This document shows positions 8,777-18,853 of a stretch of DNA of 36,342 bases, piece by piece. The stretch covers positions 1 to 36,342 of the forward strand of contig JAJPCT020000007.1 of NCBI GenBank assembly GCA_021323375.2, given 5' to 3'. The notes beneath the pieces are model-generated. The model worked only from the letters and a program-made list of their open reading frames with translations, was not told the origin of the DNA and did not search any database. The translations under genes were made by a program, and so were the position numbers. Within the stretch, counting starts at the first letter, position 1; the number at the start of each line of letters is the position of its first letter. Source of the DNA: Candidatus Wolframiiraptor gerlachensis (lineage in GTDB: Archaea > Thermoproteota > Nitrososphaeria_A > Caldarchaeales > Wolframiiraptoraceae).

Positions 8777-9541
8777 TTATGTTCCCTCGATTCTCGGGGC
8801 TATGAGGTATTCTAGCTTGCCGGATGGTATTGGGAAGCCGAGTTTTATCGGCTTATTCGTAGTTAGCTCCATGACCATCTCGTCGCTGAGCGCTGAGCCT
8901 GCCTTCACGATCTTCTCAAGATAGTTTATGCTGAAGTGTGCCCAGACCTCCTTATCCGTCACTATTTCGTATATTGCGGCCCCATGTCTCGAGAATCTTA
9001 TCTGGGCTCCGCCGAGTTCCCCCTTCGCAGAGAGGACAACCTCATCCGGGCTTATTGTGATCTTCACGTAGTCGCTGAGAGCCTTGCAATCCCTTATGGC
9101 ATCCTTCACCGCTGCTGAGCTTATCCTAGCCTTCGCGTCGAATGTGAGCTTGGGGGTAACGCTTCTAGCCTCAACGGTCTCAAGCGTGTTGAATGTGAAG
9201 ATCCTCTGCTTGGAGCCGGTTGCATCTATGATTATTAGCTCGAGCTTCCTCTCGCCCTCGCTGTATGAGAGGGTTAGACTCTCGCCGCTCTTAACATGCT
9301 TTAATAGCTTCAGGAGCTCGGAGATGTTCACGGTTATCTGTAGCTCGCCGCCACACTCATACTCCTCGGCCGCCGAGCTCGAGAGCTCGAAGTCAACGAG
9401 GGATATATGGGCCGGATCCATGGCAACGAGCCTCATCCCATCAACCGTCACCTTGAATGTCCCTTCATCAGCGACAGCATTTATAGCCTTGAGTAAGTCT
9501 GAGAAGTAGTCGGCGCTCGGCAACTTCATCCTGAAGGACAT
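8777..9541 (-). CDS. pcn: DNA polymerase sliding clamp PCNA
   Basis: AMDPAHISLVDF, FSINYL, C-terminal YLIAPRIE; 254 aa. Confidence 0.96.
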   Translation of the reverse strand: MSFRMKLPSADYFSDLLKAINAVADEGTFKVTVDGMRLVAMDPAHISLVDFELSSSAAEEYECGGELQITVNISELLKLLKHVKSGESLTLSYSEGERKLELIIIDATGSKQRIFTFNTLETVEARSVTPKLTFDAKARISSAAVKDAIRDCKALSDYVKITISPDEVVLSAKGELGGAQIRFSRHGAAIYEIVTDKEVWAHFSINYLEKIVKAGSALSDEMVMELTTNKPIKLGFPIPSGKLEYLIAPRIEGT

Positions 9542-9696
9542 GCCACTCCCTCGGATGGAGAAATGCCCTCGGGACGTAATTAAGCTTTGATTTTTACCGC
9601 CGGGCCGGCGAGCCGCCCGTTATACCCTGAAAATCGCTGAGGAGGCATTGGGCGAATATTGATATTGTTGTTAGGCGGGGGAATGATAGAGCTCGG

Positions 9697-11241
9697 ATGA
9701 GTCTTAGATTTCAGCTCTCGGGCAGGATTGAGCTAAGCTCGGATGCGAGCGGCGCTATGCAGGAGATAAGGAAGGCGCTTGATGAGCTCGGGGAATTCCT
9801 CAAGAAGGGCGCGGAGAAGTATGGTGAGGAGTCTGCTGAGTTGATGGATTGGAGCGTTGAGGGGAATGTGCTCAGGGTCTCGATTAGATCCGGGAGAAGT
9901 CTTAGAGCGCATGATGCCCTTCTCAGGCTGAAGAACATCCTAGCTCAGAGGATCGGGCCTAAGAGGATTGGTGTTAGGCGCGTCTTAGTGGAGAGCTTAG
10001 AGGTGAGGATCAGCAGCGGCCATGTAGGGAGGCAGAGGGCGGAAGAACTCCTAGAGGAAATAGCGGAGGTGAGCGAGTCGAATGGGGACTTGATCCTCTC
10101 CTTCCACAACCTGACGGAGCACGATCTTAGGGATAGGGTTGTGGATAGGGCGATTAAGCTTGTCAGGGTCGAGGAGGCCCGTGTCGAGGGAGAAAAGCTT
10201 GCGCCATTCGGGACTGTTCTAAGGAAAGGTGCTGAGAAGCCGCATAAGCTAGAGATAGATGTCGCGGTCGAGGCGGAGAGGAGGGGGTGGGTGAAGAGGT
10301 ATCCTGGCAGGGGCCAATGGATCTACATGCCCCCAATGGCAGCCCTCGTAAGAGCGATAATCCAGCTGCTTATAGATAGGATAGCGAAACCCCTCGGATT
10401 CGAGGAATGGATGTTCCCGAGGCTTGTGCCGATGGAGGTCTACAAGAAGCTCACAACGTATATAGAGCATCTACCCGATGGAGTCTTCTACGTATGTGTT
10501 CCGCCGAGGGATCCATCTGCCTTTGACGAGTTTAAGAGGGAGTTTAAGCTGAGGAGGGAGCTTCGGACGGATCTTCTGAAGAATATCCTCGGCGAGCCCG
10601 AGTATATTATGGAGGCGATCCAGTGCACGGCATTTTACCAGTTCTTTAGCGGGGAGATTGTCAGGCTCGAGGATCTACCGGTTAAGGCTTACGAGGTCAT
10701 GGGCGGATGGACTTGGAGGAATGAGGCCGGGGGCGTTGAGGGCCTAGTGAGGACAAATGAGTTCCTCAGGATGGAGATGGTCTTTCTCGGAGCACCGGAT
10801 CAGGTGATAGAATTGAGAAACAAAGTGACTGACCTGACGATAGAGGTTCTTGAGAAGGATCTGGATATGGAGTGGAGGCTGGTTGCGGGAGCCCCATTCT
10901 ACCTCTCATCCCAAGAGGCGTCAAAGAGATTAATAGACATCTCACATATAAACAGAATACCGACACTTGATGTCGAGGTCTACTTGCCATATCGAGGCTC
11001 GAGAGAGGAGGCTGAATGGCTTGAGATAACCGCGGCCAGCGTTCACAGAGACTTCTACGTGAGGAACTTTAGGATAAAGGAGGCTAGGGGTCGGGAGATC
11101 TGGACTGGCTGCGTCGGTCATGGGATAAGCAGGTGGGCCGCCGGATTCCTAGCAAGACATGGATTCGATTTTGATGAATGGCCGGACTCGATAAAGAGCA
11201 TAATCAAGAGGCTGCCACAGTCGCCGAAAACCATTACATGA
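9697..11241 (+). CDS. serS: Serine--tRNA ligase, methanogen-type (type 2)
   Basis: Long alpha/beta N-terminal domain with RAHDALLRLKN; GWVKRYPGRGQW; EAIQC, WRNEAGG..GLVRTNEFLRME and WTGCVGHGISRW carry the Cys/Glu/Cys Zn ligands. Confidence 0.93.
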   Translation: MSLRFQLSGRIELSSDASGAMQEIRKALDELGEFLKKGAEKYGEESAELMDWSVEGNVLRVSIRSGRSLRAHDALLRLKNILAQRIGPKRIGVRRVLVESLEVRISSGHVGRQRAEELLEEIAEVSESNGDLILSFHNLTEHDLRDRVVDRAIKLVRVEEARVEGEKLAPFGTVLRKGAEKPHKLEIDVAVEAERRGWVKRYPGRGQWIYMPPMAALVRAIIQLLIDRIAKPLGFEEWMFPRLVPMEVYKKLTTYIEHLPDGVFYVCVPPRDPSAFDEFKREFKLRRELRTDLLKNILGEPEYIMEAIQCTAFYQFFSGEIVRLEDLPVKAYEVMGGWTWRNEAGGVEGLVRTNEFLRMEMVFLGAPDQVIELRNKVTDLTIEVLEKDLDMEWRLVAGAPFYLSSQEASKRLIDISHINRIPTLDVEVYLPYRGSREEAEWLEITAASVHRDFYVRNFRIKEARGREIWTGCVGHGISRWAAGFLARHGFDFDEWPDSIKSIIKRLPQSPKTIT

Positions 11242-11291
11242 TCATGCGATCCATGTCTCAGAAAAAACGCGCCAGCCCTCAATAATCGGGG

Positions 11292-12254
11292 GTGATGCAT
11301 GCCATGAAGCTCATGATACGGGGGATATATTCGACAGCCCTCATACAGCTCCTCCTCTCTAATGGCTTCACGATAACAAGGCCCACTAAATCCCAGTTGG
11401 AGAGGTTCGGCGTATCATCGCGAGATCCACCGGATGCCGAGATTGTTGACTCAACATCGGATCGAAACTGTGTTGATATAAGAGGTTCCTCAGATGTCGT
11501 AGAGTCTGTGATTAGGGTGCTGCGAAGAAGTTTTGCCGACCTAATAGTTCTAAGGGTTAAGGATCTGGGCTGCCTACTAGGCGTGAGGATAGGCTTTCCG
11601 AATGATGCGAAGCTCAAGTTGGATGAGCTGAGGTCGATGGTCGCGTATACAGTCCCATATCATCACTATTGTAGGGCTGGTGGTGAGGGGTTATCCAGCA
11701 TGGTGACCATAGCTGAGAATCTTGTTGAGAGGGGGGTTGTCCCGGCTGAGGAGATGTCTAAAAATTTTCGTGAGCAGGTCCTAGGTATCTCGCCTAGAAT
11801 CGGGTCTATGATAAAGATTATTCACGTGAAGCCCGATGGGAGGAGGATAATCCTCGGCCGTGGGAAGGTTGTCGGGAAGATGGATGGATCGATCAAGTTA
11901 ATGAGGAGGATAATGGGGTTTGGGGTCTATGATGGGCTCGGGGTTGAGAAGTGTCCGGGAGACTACGCGATAACGGAGGCTTCCATGTTCCGGCCATGGA
12001 TGAAGACCAGCTACTATAGTATCTCGGGCACGCTCAAGGGCTGCTACTATAACGTCTCGACTCCAGTCTCCATATATCCAGACCATATACACTACTTTGA
12101 CCTCGAGCTTGATGTAGTTGTTAAGCCGGGCTCAGGTCCCGAGATTATTGATGCTGATGGGCTGGAGAAAGCCGTCCAGGAGAATAGGATAAGCGAGGAG
12201 CTTAAGAAGACGGCATTCAGGATCGCTGAGGAGATTGCCTCGAAGCAGCCTTAA
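11292..12254 (+). CDS. FAU-1-like RNA-binding ribonuclease with DUF402 domain
   Basis: IRGIYSTAL start, HHY, HVKPDG, GVYDGLG, YYNVSTP, YFDLELDVV. Confidence 0.85.
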   Translation: MMHAMKLMIRGIYSTALIQLLLSNGFTITRPTKSQLERFGVSSRDPPDAEIVDSTSDRNCVDIRGSSDVVESVIRVLRRSFADLIVLRVKDLGCLLGVRIGFPNDAKLKLDELRSMVAYTVPYHHYCRAGGEGLSSMVTIAENLVERGVVPAEEMSKNFREQVLGISPRIGSMIKIIHVKPDGRRIILGRGKVVGKMDGSIKLMRRIMGFGVYDGLGVEKCPGDYAITEASMFRPWMKTSYYSISGTLKGCYYNVSTPVSIYPDHIHYFDLELDVVVKPGSGPEIIDADGLEKAVQENRISEELKKTAFRIAEEIASKQP

Positions 12255-12876
12255 CCAGCCTAGCATACCAGAGCTCACTCGCTTCAATCCTCCAACCAGA
12301 CCTTATTAGCGATTTAACCACGAGATATGCTGGGACTATGCTTAATGGGACGTGAAGAATGTTGAAGAATGCCGTGAATATCATGGTCATTGTCAGGGCG
12401 GCGAGAGTGTCTGAAATCTCCAGGCCGAGGAAGGCTGAGATGCTCGCGGCGGCAAACTCCAGGAACCCGGGAAACATGTAGACTAGCACGATATAGTTGA
12501 AAACGCTCATCACGGCCACCCTGATCGCGCATCCGAGAACCCCGCCTATGAGGAGGCCTGTTCTCGGCGAGGCTCTTATCCTGAAGCCTGCCCAGAGGCC
12601 AATTAGCGTCGAGAGCACCGCGGCGAACTTCATGGCGGGGCCTAGCGGGCTGAAAGATCCGACAAGAAGCAGGATAAGCCAGTAGGCGATGGAGGAGAGC
12701 ATGCCAGCCCATGGACCTAGAAGCAGTAAGGCGAGGAAGACAGGTATCTCGGCCAAGTCGAACCTTAGATAGGGGATTACCGGGTAGGGGAATGATAGGG
12801 GTAGGGCTGCTAGGAGCGCAGCTAGGCTCGCCAAGCAGCTAGCTGAGGCCACCAGCTTAATCGCCCTCACATTCAT
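12217..12876 (-). CDS. ECF transporter S component (RibU-like fold)
   Basis: YPVIPYLRFDLAEIPVFLA..LLGP motif and about six hydrophobic helices. Confidence 0.8.
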   Translation of the reverse strand: MNVRAIKLVASASCLASLAALLAALPLSFPYPVIPYLRFDLAEIPVFLALLLLGPWAGMLSSIAYWLILLLVGSFSPLGPAMKFAAVLSTLIGLWAGFRIRASPRTGLLIGGVLGCAIRVAVMSVFNYIVLVYMFPGFLEFAAASISAFLGLEISDTLAALTMTMIFTAFFNILHVPLSIVPAYLVVKSLIRSGWRIEASELWYARLVKAASRQSPQRS

Positions 12877-12935
12877 CGTTTACGGGGGCTCTGGCTAGAC
12901 TAATAAGTTTTGAGTAACTACTCAAAAACAGGTAA

Positions 12936-13772
12936 TTAGCCTAGGACCCCTGTGAAATAGTCCTTCCAAGCCTGCTCATAGTCCTCCGGAGACCCTATAT
13001 CGACCCAATAGCCGTTGAATGGATAAGCGTAGAGTCTCCCTCTTTCTATGAGCGCGGGGAATATATGCTCTTCTAGCGAACAGTAGGTTAATGCTGGAAT
13101 ATATTCTAGGATCTCCGGCTCGAAGACGTATATCCCGGCGTTAACGAGGCCTGGGACAGGCTGTTTCGGCTTCTCCCGGAAGGCTATAACCCTGCCATCC
13201 TCATCTAGCGATACTAGGCCGAATCTACTGGCATCCTCTACCTTGGCTAGCGCCATCGTGGCAATAGCATTCTTCTCCTCATGAAATCTCAGGAGGCTCC
13301 CAATATTCAGCCCATCAAACAATATATCTCCATAGACTACTAGAAACCTGCCATTAAGTTTGTCCTCCGCATTCTTAATGGCTCCAGCGGTCCCGAGGGG
13401 TATCTTCTCCACGGAATAGTCTATTCTAACACCGAGCAGGCTGCCATCCCCAAAATATCTTATGATGTGCTCGCTAAGGTGGCTGACCGCTAGGATGAAA
13501 TAGTTGAAGCCCTGGTCCCTGAATTTACATATTATATGCTCTAGTAGGGGCTTATAGCCAACGGGCATCATCGCCTTCGGGATGCTCTTACTTAAAGGCC
13601 CCATACCCACGCCAAGCCCCCCACATAGGATCAGGCATTTCATGGACTCGCGGATGAGCTTCTCCCGGACAGCCTCAATTATGAAGGATGTCCGCCGCCT
13701 AGCAGGTATCCTGCTGCTAAGCTGTCTCCAAAGGTCCTCCGGAAATTCTATTGAAGTTCTATGCTTTCTCAT
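12936..13772 (-). CDS. Ribbon-helix-helix domain fused to a sugar-phosphate nucleotidyltransferase domain
   Basis: N-terminus RTSIEFPEDLWRQL...RRTSFIIEAVREKL (CopG/RHH pattern), then LILCGGLG..PK, PLGTAGA, VYGD, FREKP, NAGIY, WVDIG. Confidence 0.85.
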   Translation of the reverse strand: MRKHRTSIEFPEDLWRQLSSRIPARRRTSFIIEAVREKLIRESMKCLILCGGLGVGMGPLSKSIPKAMMPVGYKPLLEHIICKFRDQGFNYFILAVSHLSEHIIRYFGDGSLLGVRIDYSVEKIPLGTAGAIKNAEDKLNGRFLVVYGDILFDGLNIGSLLRFHEEKNAIATMALAKVEDASRFGLVSLDEDGRVIAFREKPKQPVPGLVNAGIYVFEPEILEYIPALTYCSLEEHIFPALIERGRLYAYPFNGYWVDIGSPEDYEQAWKDYFTGVLG

Positions 13773-13795
13773 TTCGCTAGAATAATGTGGAGCCA

Positions 13796-13818
13796 TTTAC
13801 ATATAACGTTTATGTAAA
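13796..13818. promoter_or_regulatory. Inverted repeat TTTACATA-N7-TATGTAAA overlapping the TATA region between the divergent RHH-NTase and gap genes
   Basis: Perfect 8-bp arms at 13796-13803 and 13811-13818, about 24-46 nt upstream of ATG 13772. Confidence 0.5.
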
Positions 13819-13921
13819 GCTCCTCCCCTAAAAGCATTCCCTATGACTACATGGGGCTAAGATTAATTAAGATATGGTTAATAGGCCCCGGAAAAATCTT
13901 GTAACCGCGGGTGTTTAAGAC

Positions 13922-14941
13922 ATGTTAAGGGTTGGCATTAATGGTATGGGAAGGATTGGGCGGCTATTTGCGCGGGCAGCCCTCCAGCACCCGGAGCATG
14001 GCAGGAGCTTCGAGATCGTGGCCTTCAACGAGATCGCCGATAACAAGACAACCGCCTTCCTGCTGAAATACGACTCCGTCCATAAGAAGTGGGATAGGAG
14101 GATTGAGGCGACGGAGAAGGGTATAGTAGTGGATGGCAGAGAACTCTTGGGATTCCATGAACCGGATCCCGCGAAGATCCCATGGGATAAGGCTGAGGTT
14201 GATCTCGTGGTCGAGGCTACTGGGAGATTCACCGATAGGGAGAAGGCGGCCCTCCACCTCAGAGATGGCGTGAAGAAAGTCTTGGTCTCGGCGCCATCAA
14301 AGAACGCGGATGTAACAATAGTGCCGGGCGTAAACGATGAGATGCTGGATGTGAAGAAGCATCACGTCATCTCAGGAGCATCATGCACGACGAACTGCCT
14401 CGCGCCCATGGTCAAGGTCCTGCTGGATAACTTCGGGATAAAGAAGGGGTTCATGACAACAGTCCACGCCTATACGAATGATCAAAGGGTCCTCGACCTA
14501 TTCCATGAAGATCTTCGGAGAGCTAGGGCCGCAGCCCTCTCCATAATCCCGACAACAACCGGCGCTGCAAAAGCGCTCCACCTAGTGATCCCCGAGGTTA
14601 AGGGGAAGCTCCACGGCATAGCATTGCGAGTCCCAGTTCCAGACGGCTCAATAACAGACCTAGTAGCACTACTCGAGCGCGAGGTGACTGTTGAAGAGGT
14701 GAAGAACGCCTATAAGAGGGCCGCTGAAGGCAGGATGAAGGGCATACTCGAGTATACGGAGGACCCAATAGTCTCGGTCGACATCATCGGAAACCCAGCG
14801 TCATGTATCATCGATGGGCAGAATATAATGGTCCTCGGGGATAGGAGCGACATAGCCAAGGTCCTAGGATGGTATGATAACGAGTGGGGCTACAGTAACA
14901 GGCTCGTAGACATAATTCTCTTAATCAACAAGCAGCTCTAA
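13922..14941 (+). CDS. gap: Type I (bacterial-like) glyceraldehyde-3-phosphate dehydrogenase
   Basis: VGINGMGRIGR, KYDSVH, ASCTTNCLAP, TTVHAYTNDQ, RRARAAALSIIPTTTGAAKA, WYDNEWGYSNR. Confidence 0.96.
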   Translation: MLRVGINGMGRIGRLFARAALQHPEHGRSFEIVAFNEIADNKTTAFLLKYDSVHKKWDRRIEATEKGIVVDGRELLGFHEPDPAKIPWDKAEVDLVVEATGRFTDREKAALHLRDGVKKVLVSAPSKNADVTIVPGVNDEMLDVKKHHVISGASCTTNCLAPMVKVLLDNFGIKKGFMTTVHAYTNDQRVLDLFHEDLRRARAAALSIIPTTTGAAKALHLVIPEVKGKLHGIALRVPVPDGSITDLVALLEREVTVEEVKNAYKRAAEGRMKGILEYTEDPIVSVDIIGNPASCIIDGQNIMVLGDRSDIAKVLGWYDNEWGYSNRLVDIILLINKQL

Positions 14942-14967
14942 GCGCCCCTTCCAACAATCTATTTTTT

Positions 14968-15819
14968 CTACAATCTACTGGCTCGGGATAGGAGCTCCGG
15001 CAGCTTTTCATAGTCTTCCGGATCCATTCTCCAGCCCATGCCCCCGAGGAGCTCATCCAGGTGATCCTTCCTCATAGTCTTCGCTATCGCTATGACATTA
15101 TCATGCCGTATAACCCAGTTTATCAGTATCTGCGCCGGCGTCCTGCCATATCTTCTTCCAAGCTCCTCTAAGACGCTTTTATAAGAGCTCTTCAAGAGCG
15201 CGCCCTTCCCAAGAGGCCTATACGCTATAATCGTTATGCCATTTTTCCTGCAGAAGGGCAGTATTTCCTCCTCAATGAGCCTATCCAAGGGATTGTAGAG
15301 AACCTGGTTCGAGACTATATCGTATTTTGAGAGATAGCCCATCGCCTCCTCCAATTCCTTAACGTTGAAGTTGCTAACACCGATAAACCTGACCTTGCCC
15401 TCATCGACCAGCTTCTCCATCGCCTTCATAGTCTCCCTCAATGGTATGAACGGGTTTGGGAAATGTATCTGGTATAGGTCGACATAGTTTACCCTCAGCC
15501 TATCAAGGCTCCTGTCAAGGGCCTCGAACACGTCCTTGAACCTCAAGTTATAGGGCCATACCTTCGTCGCTATGAAGACCTTCTCCCTCGGGAGCTCTCT
15601 GACTGCCTCCCCCACAAGCTCCTCACAGTGGCCAGCACCATACATCTCGGCCGTATCGATAAGCTTTAGGCCCCTCCTAACAGCATACCTGATCACCTCT
15701 ATCGCTTCCTCGTCTCTCGAGTAGTCCGGATAATCCCGCCCACCTATCTCCCAAGTCCCAAGCCCTAGAGCAGGGAGATAGACATCGGTCTTTCCAAGCC
15801 TCCTGAACTCCATAGCCAT
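14968..15819 (-). CDS. Aldo/keto reductase
   Basis: LGLGTW, IDTAEMYG, ATKV, VDLYQIHFP, GKVRFIGVSNF. Confidence 0.93.
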   Translation of the reverse strand: MAMEFRRLGKTDVYLPALGLGTWEIGGRDYPDYSRDEEAIEVIRYAVRRGLKLIDTAEMYGAGHCEELVGEAVRELPREKVFIATKVWPYNLRFKDVFEALDRSLDRLRVNYVDLYQIHFPNPFIPLRETMKAMEKLVDEGKVRFIGVSNFNVKELEEAMGYLSKYDIVSNQVLYNPLDRLIEEEILPFCRKNGITIIAYRPLGKGALLKSSYKSVLEELGRRYGRTPAQILINWVIRHDNVIAIAKTMRKDHLDELLGGMGWRMDPEDYEKLPELLSRASRL

Positions 15820-15920
15820 GATGTTTCCCCTCGGGTTGAAAAGCCTTCCCCACTACAGGATCAACATGAGGCTAATGGTTTTTAACCCTCCTGGAGGTAA
15901 TGTTCCCTCGGTGAGCTGAG

Positions 15921-17150
15921 GTGCGCCTAGCTTTCAAGACCTTGGATGACATAGATGTTCATGGCAAGACTGTGATTGTGAGAGTTGATCTGAACTCCCC
16001 GATAGATCCGCAGACTGGGAGGATTCAGGATAATGAGAGGATTCAGGCGCATGCGGAGACTATTAGGGAGCTATCGGATAAGGGTGCCAAGGTCGTTGTT
16101 CTAGCTCATCAGGGGAGGAAGGGTGACCCGGACTTTCTCCCGCTGGAGCAGCATGCAGAGCTCCTCTCAAAGCATGTTGGCAAGCCCGTGAAATATGTCC
16201 CGGATCTAGTAGGGGAGATGGCGGAGCAGGCGATTAAGAACCTTAGGAACGGCGAGATACTGCTCCTCGAGAATGTCAGGATTCTTGATGAGGAGACTAA
16301 GGAGGCGAGCCCTGAGGAGCATGCTAAGGGCGTGCTGGTCTCAAGGCTGTCTAAGCTCGCGGACTTATTCGTTCTTGATGCTTTCTCGGCGGCTCATAGG
16401 GCGCATGCCTCGATAGTCGGGTTTGCCGCGGTCCTCCCGGTCGTGGCTGGCAGGGTCATGGAGAGGGAGCTCAAGGCCCTTAGCGAGATCCTCGAAAAGC
16501 GGAGCAGCATAATCCTCTTCATGGGGGGAAATAAGCCCGATGACTGCATAAAGGTTGTCGAGGCGCTTCTGAATAGGGGTAGGCCAGAGATCAAGATGCT
16601 CCTCTCCGCTGGCATTCTTGGCCAACTCTTCCTAGCCGCCGAGGGAAGAGATCTCGGGGAGCCCAGCATGGCATATATCAGGAAAAAGGGCTTTGAGCCT
16701 CTCATAGGCAAGGTCAAGGATCTGGCGGCCAGGCTTAGAGACCGGTTGAAGAAGCCTATCGATGTAGCTTATGAGCGCAATGGAGGGCGCGAGGAGATAA
16801 GGGTTGAGAAGCTACCAGCCCTAGGTCCGATAATGGATATAGGCAGCGAGACCGCATCCATGTACGCGGATATAATCAGGTCGGCGGGCAAGGATGATGC
16901 CATAATAGTCAAGGGGCCCGCGGGAGCATATGAGCATGAGAACTTCAGGAAGGGGACCGCGGAGATATATAAGGCTCTAGCGAGCTCAAAGGCCTTCACG
17001 CTAATTGGCGGAGGCGATTCATCGACGGCGATAAGCCTCGTCGGGCTTAAGGTGGAGGACTTCTCATACGTCAGCCTCGCGGGCGGGGCCTTAATACACT
17101 ACCTATCCGGAGGCAAAATGCCGGGCGTCGAGATGCTAATGCGCGGCTAA
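15921..17150 (+). CDS. pgk: Phosphoglycerate kinase
   Basis: RVDLNSP, AHQGR, LLENVR, DAFSAAHRAHAS, DIG, GGGDS, VSLAGGA. Confidence 0.96.
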   Translation: MRLAFKTLDDIDVHGKTVIVRVDLNSPIDPQTGRIQDNERIQAHAETIRELSDKGAKVVVLAHQGRKGDPDFLPLEQHAELLSKHVGKPVKYVPDLVGEMAEQAIKNLRNGEILLLENVRILDEETKEASPEEHAKGVLVSRLSKLADLFVLDAFSAAHRAHASIVGFAAVLPVVAGRVMERELKALSEILEKRSSIILFMGGNKPDDCIKVVEALLNRGRPEIKMLLSAGILGQLFLAAEGRDLGEPSMAYIRKKGFEPLIGKVKDLAARLRDRLKKPIDVAYERNGGREEIRVEKLPALGPIMDIGSETASMYADIIRSAGKDDAIIVKGPAGAYEHENFRKGTAEIYKALASSKAFTLIGGGDSSTAISLVGLKVEDFSYVSLAGGALIHYLSGGKMPGVEMLMRG

Positions 17151-17215
17151 ACACGTTTCAATCCCAGATCCCCCAAACATTTTTTCACGTTTATATTATT
17201 CCCGGAGCCAGCTGC

Positions 17216-18796
17216 TTGGGAATGGTTTCTAGGAAGATCCCTCGAACAATGTCTACTCAGCATCCTGATAACGTCTCATCGCCGAGCTGGGTTAGCGGCG
17301 AGGTTATCCAGGGTGAGGATGAGGTTCATGAGGCCTACTTCGCATATAGCCAGCTTGGATGCATGGAGGTCATGTGGGATGCTGAGGGAAAGGATGTGGA
17401 TACCCGCGTCATCAGGAAGCTGCTGAGCAAGTATGGCGACTTCTTCAGGGAGCACGTCATAGGCGAGGACATATTTTTGACATACCGCGTCCCGAACCCA
17501 AACATAGAGTCCGTTGAGAGGAAGATCCTATTCGAGTCGCTAGTGAATATCCCGGTAGCATACGATATCGCCTCCACGTTCTATGGGAGGGAGGTGGCGC
17601 CATTCTTCGAGGTCATCCTACCCCTGACGACATGCGCTGAGGATCTGCTGAAGCTTAAGGGCTTCTATGAGAGGGCTATAGCGGGCATCGGAGATGTCAG
17701 GATATGTGGAGATACTAGGGTCTCGGATTGGGTTGGCGAGTTCAAGCCAAAGTCCATCGAGGTTATCCCCCTCATCGAGGACATGGAGAGCATGCTCAAC
17801 GTTGATTGTATAATCAAGCCTTATATTTCAATGGTCAGGCCGAGGTATCTCCGGGTGTTTCTGGCGCGATCTGACCCCGCGTTAAACTATGGGCTCACAT
17901 GCGCCGTGATCCTATGTAAGCTCGCATCATCGAGGTTGAGGAAAATTGAGGAGGATACAGGCATCGAGATCTACCCGATAATCGGCGCCGGGACCATGCC
18001 GTTTAGGGGTCACCTAAACCCAGATAACATCCATAACTTCCTAGATGAGTATAGGGGCGTCCACACGGTCACGATACAATCCGCCATGAAATATGACTAC
18101 CCCATCGAACTCGTGAGAGAATCTATCCGCATCTTGAATGAGAGGCTTCCATGCGGCGAGCCTAGGCTGATTGAACCACATGAGGAGGAGTTGTTGAGGA
18201 GGATCTTGGCCAAGTTTGCTAGGGGATATCAGAGGACGATCGAGTCCCTTGCACCCCTCATAAACCACGTGGCCAGATATGTTCCGCCGAGGAGGGCTAG
18301 AAAACTCCACATAGGCCTCTTCGGCTATAGCCGCAGCGTTGGAAGAGTGTCGCTTCCAAGAGCTATACCCTTCGCGGCCGCGCTCTATACTCTCGGGATA
18401 CCCCCGGAGTTCATCGGCTTCAAGGCGCTTCTCGACTTGAGTGAGGAGGAGTGGGATGCCTTGAGGGAGAATTACCGCAACTTAGAGCATGACTTAGCTG
18501 TCGCGGCTGGATTCCTCTCATGGAGCAACATCAACATGCTGGCCGAGATGTGCGATCGGCTGGCCGGGCTGGCTGGCATGAGCGTGGAGGAGCTGCGCAG
18601 CGCCATAGGAGAGATAATCATGGACTTGAGCATCGTCGAGGAGAAGCTTGGTATAAAGGCCGGGCCTAGGACGCTGACCCAGAGGCGGTATGAGAACGCT
18701 GTAAACGACTTCTTAGCCGCCCTCCTCGAGCAGGAGCATGAGGAGGCTAGGAGAAGGCTTATAGACGCGGCTAGGATAAGACGCTGCCTAGGCTAG
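17216..18796 (+). CDS. ppcA: Archaeal-type phosphoenolpyruvate carboxylase
   Basis: IPRTMSTQHPDN, MWDAEGK, RVFLARSDPALNYG, PFRGHL, TIQSA, LPRAIPF. Confidence 0.96.
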   Translation: MGMVSRKIPRTMSTQHPDNVSSPSWVSGEVIQGEDEVHEAYFAYSQLGCMEVMWDAEGKDVDTRVIRKLLSKYGDFFREHVIGEDIFLTYRVPNPNIESVERKILFESLVNIPVAYDIASTFYGREVAPFFEVILPLTTCAEDLLKLKGFYERAIAGIGDVRICGDTRVSDWVGEFKPKSIEVIPLIEDMESMLNVDCIIKPYISMVRPRYLRVFLARSDPALNYGLTCAVILCKLASSRLRKIEEDTGIEIYPIIGAGTMPFRGHLNPDNIHNFLDEYRGVHTVTIQSAMKYDYPIELVRESIRILNERLPCGEPRLIEPHEEELLRRILAKFARGYQRTIESLAPLINHVARYVPPRRARKLHIGLFGYSRSVGRVSLPRAIPFAAALYTLGIPPEFIGFKALLDLSEEEWDALRENYRNLEHDLAVAAGFLSWSNINMLAEMCDRLAGLAGMSVEELRSAIGEIIMDLSIVEEKLGIKAGPRTLTQRRYENAVNDFLAALLEQEHEEARRRLIDAARIRRCLG

Positions 18797-18853
18797 GGCT
18801 CGAGAATACTAGGAGCCTTAGAGATATAACATGGCTCACCAACATATCTATGG

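Noticed and set aside
9597-9609. 13-nt match (CCGCCGGGCCGGC) between the pcn/serS intergenic region and the copy-1 RNA
   Set aside because: GC-only low-complexity match falling in a scaffold stem; chance is likely.
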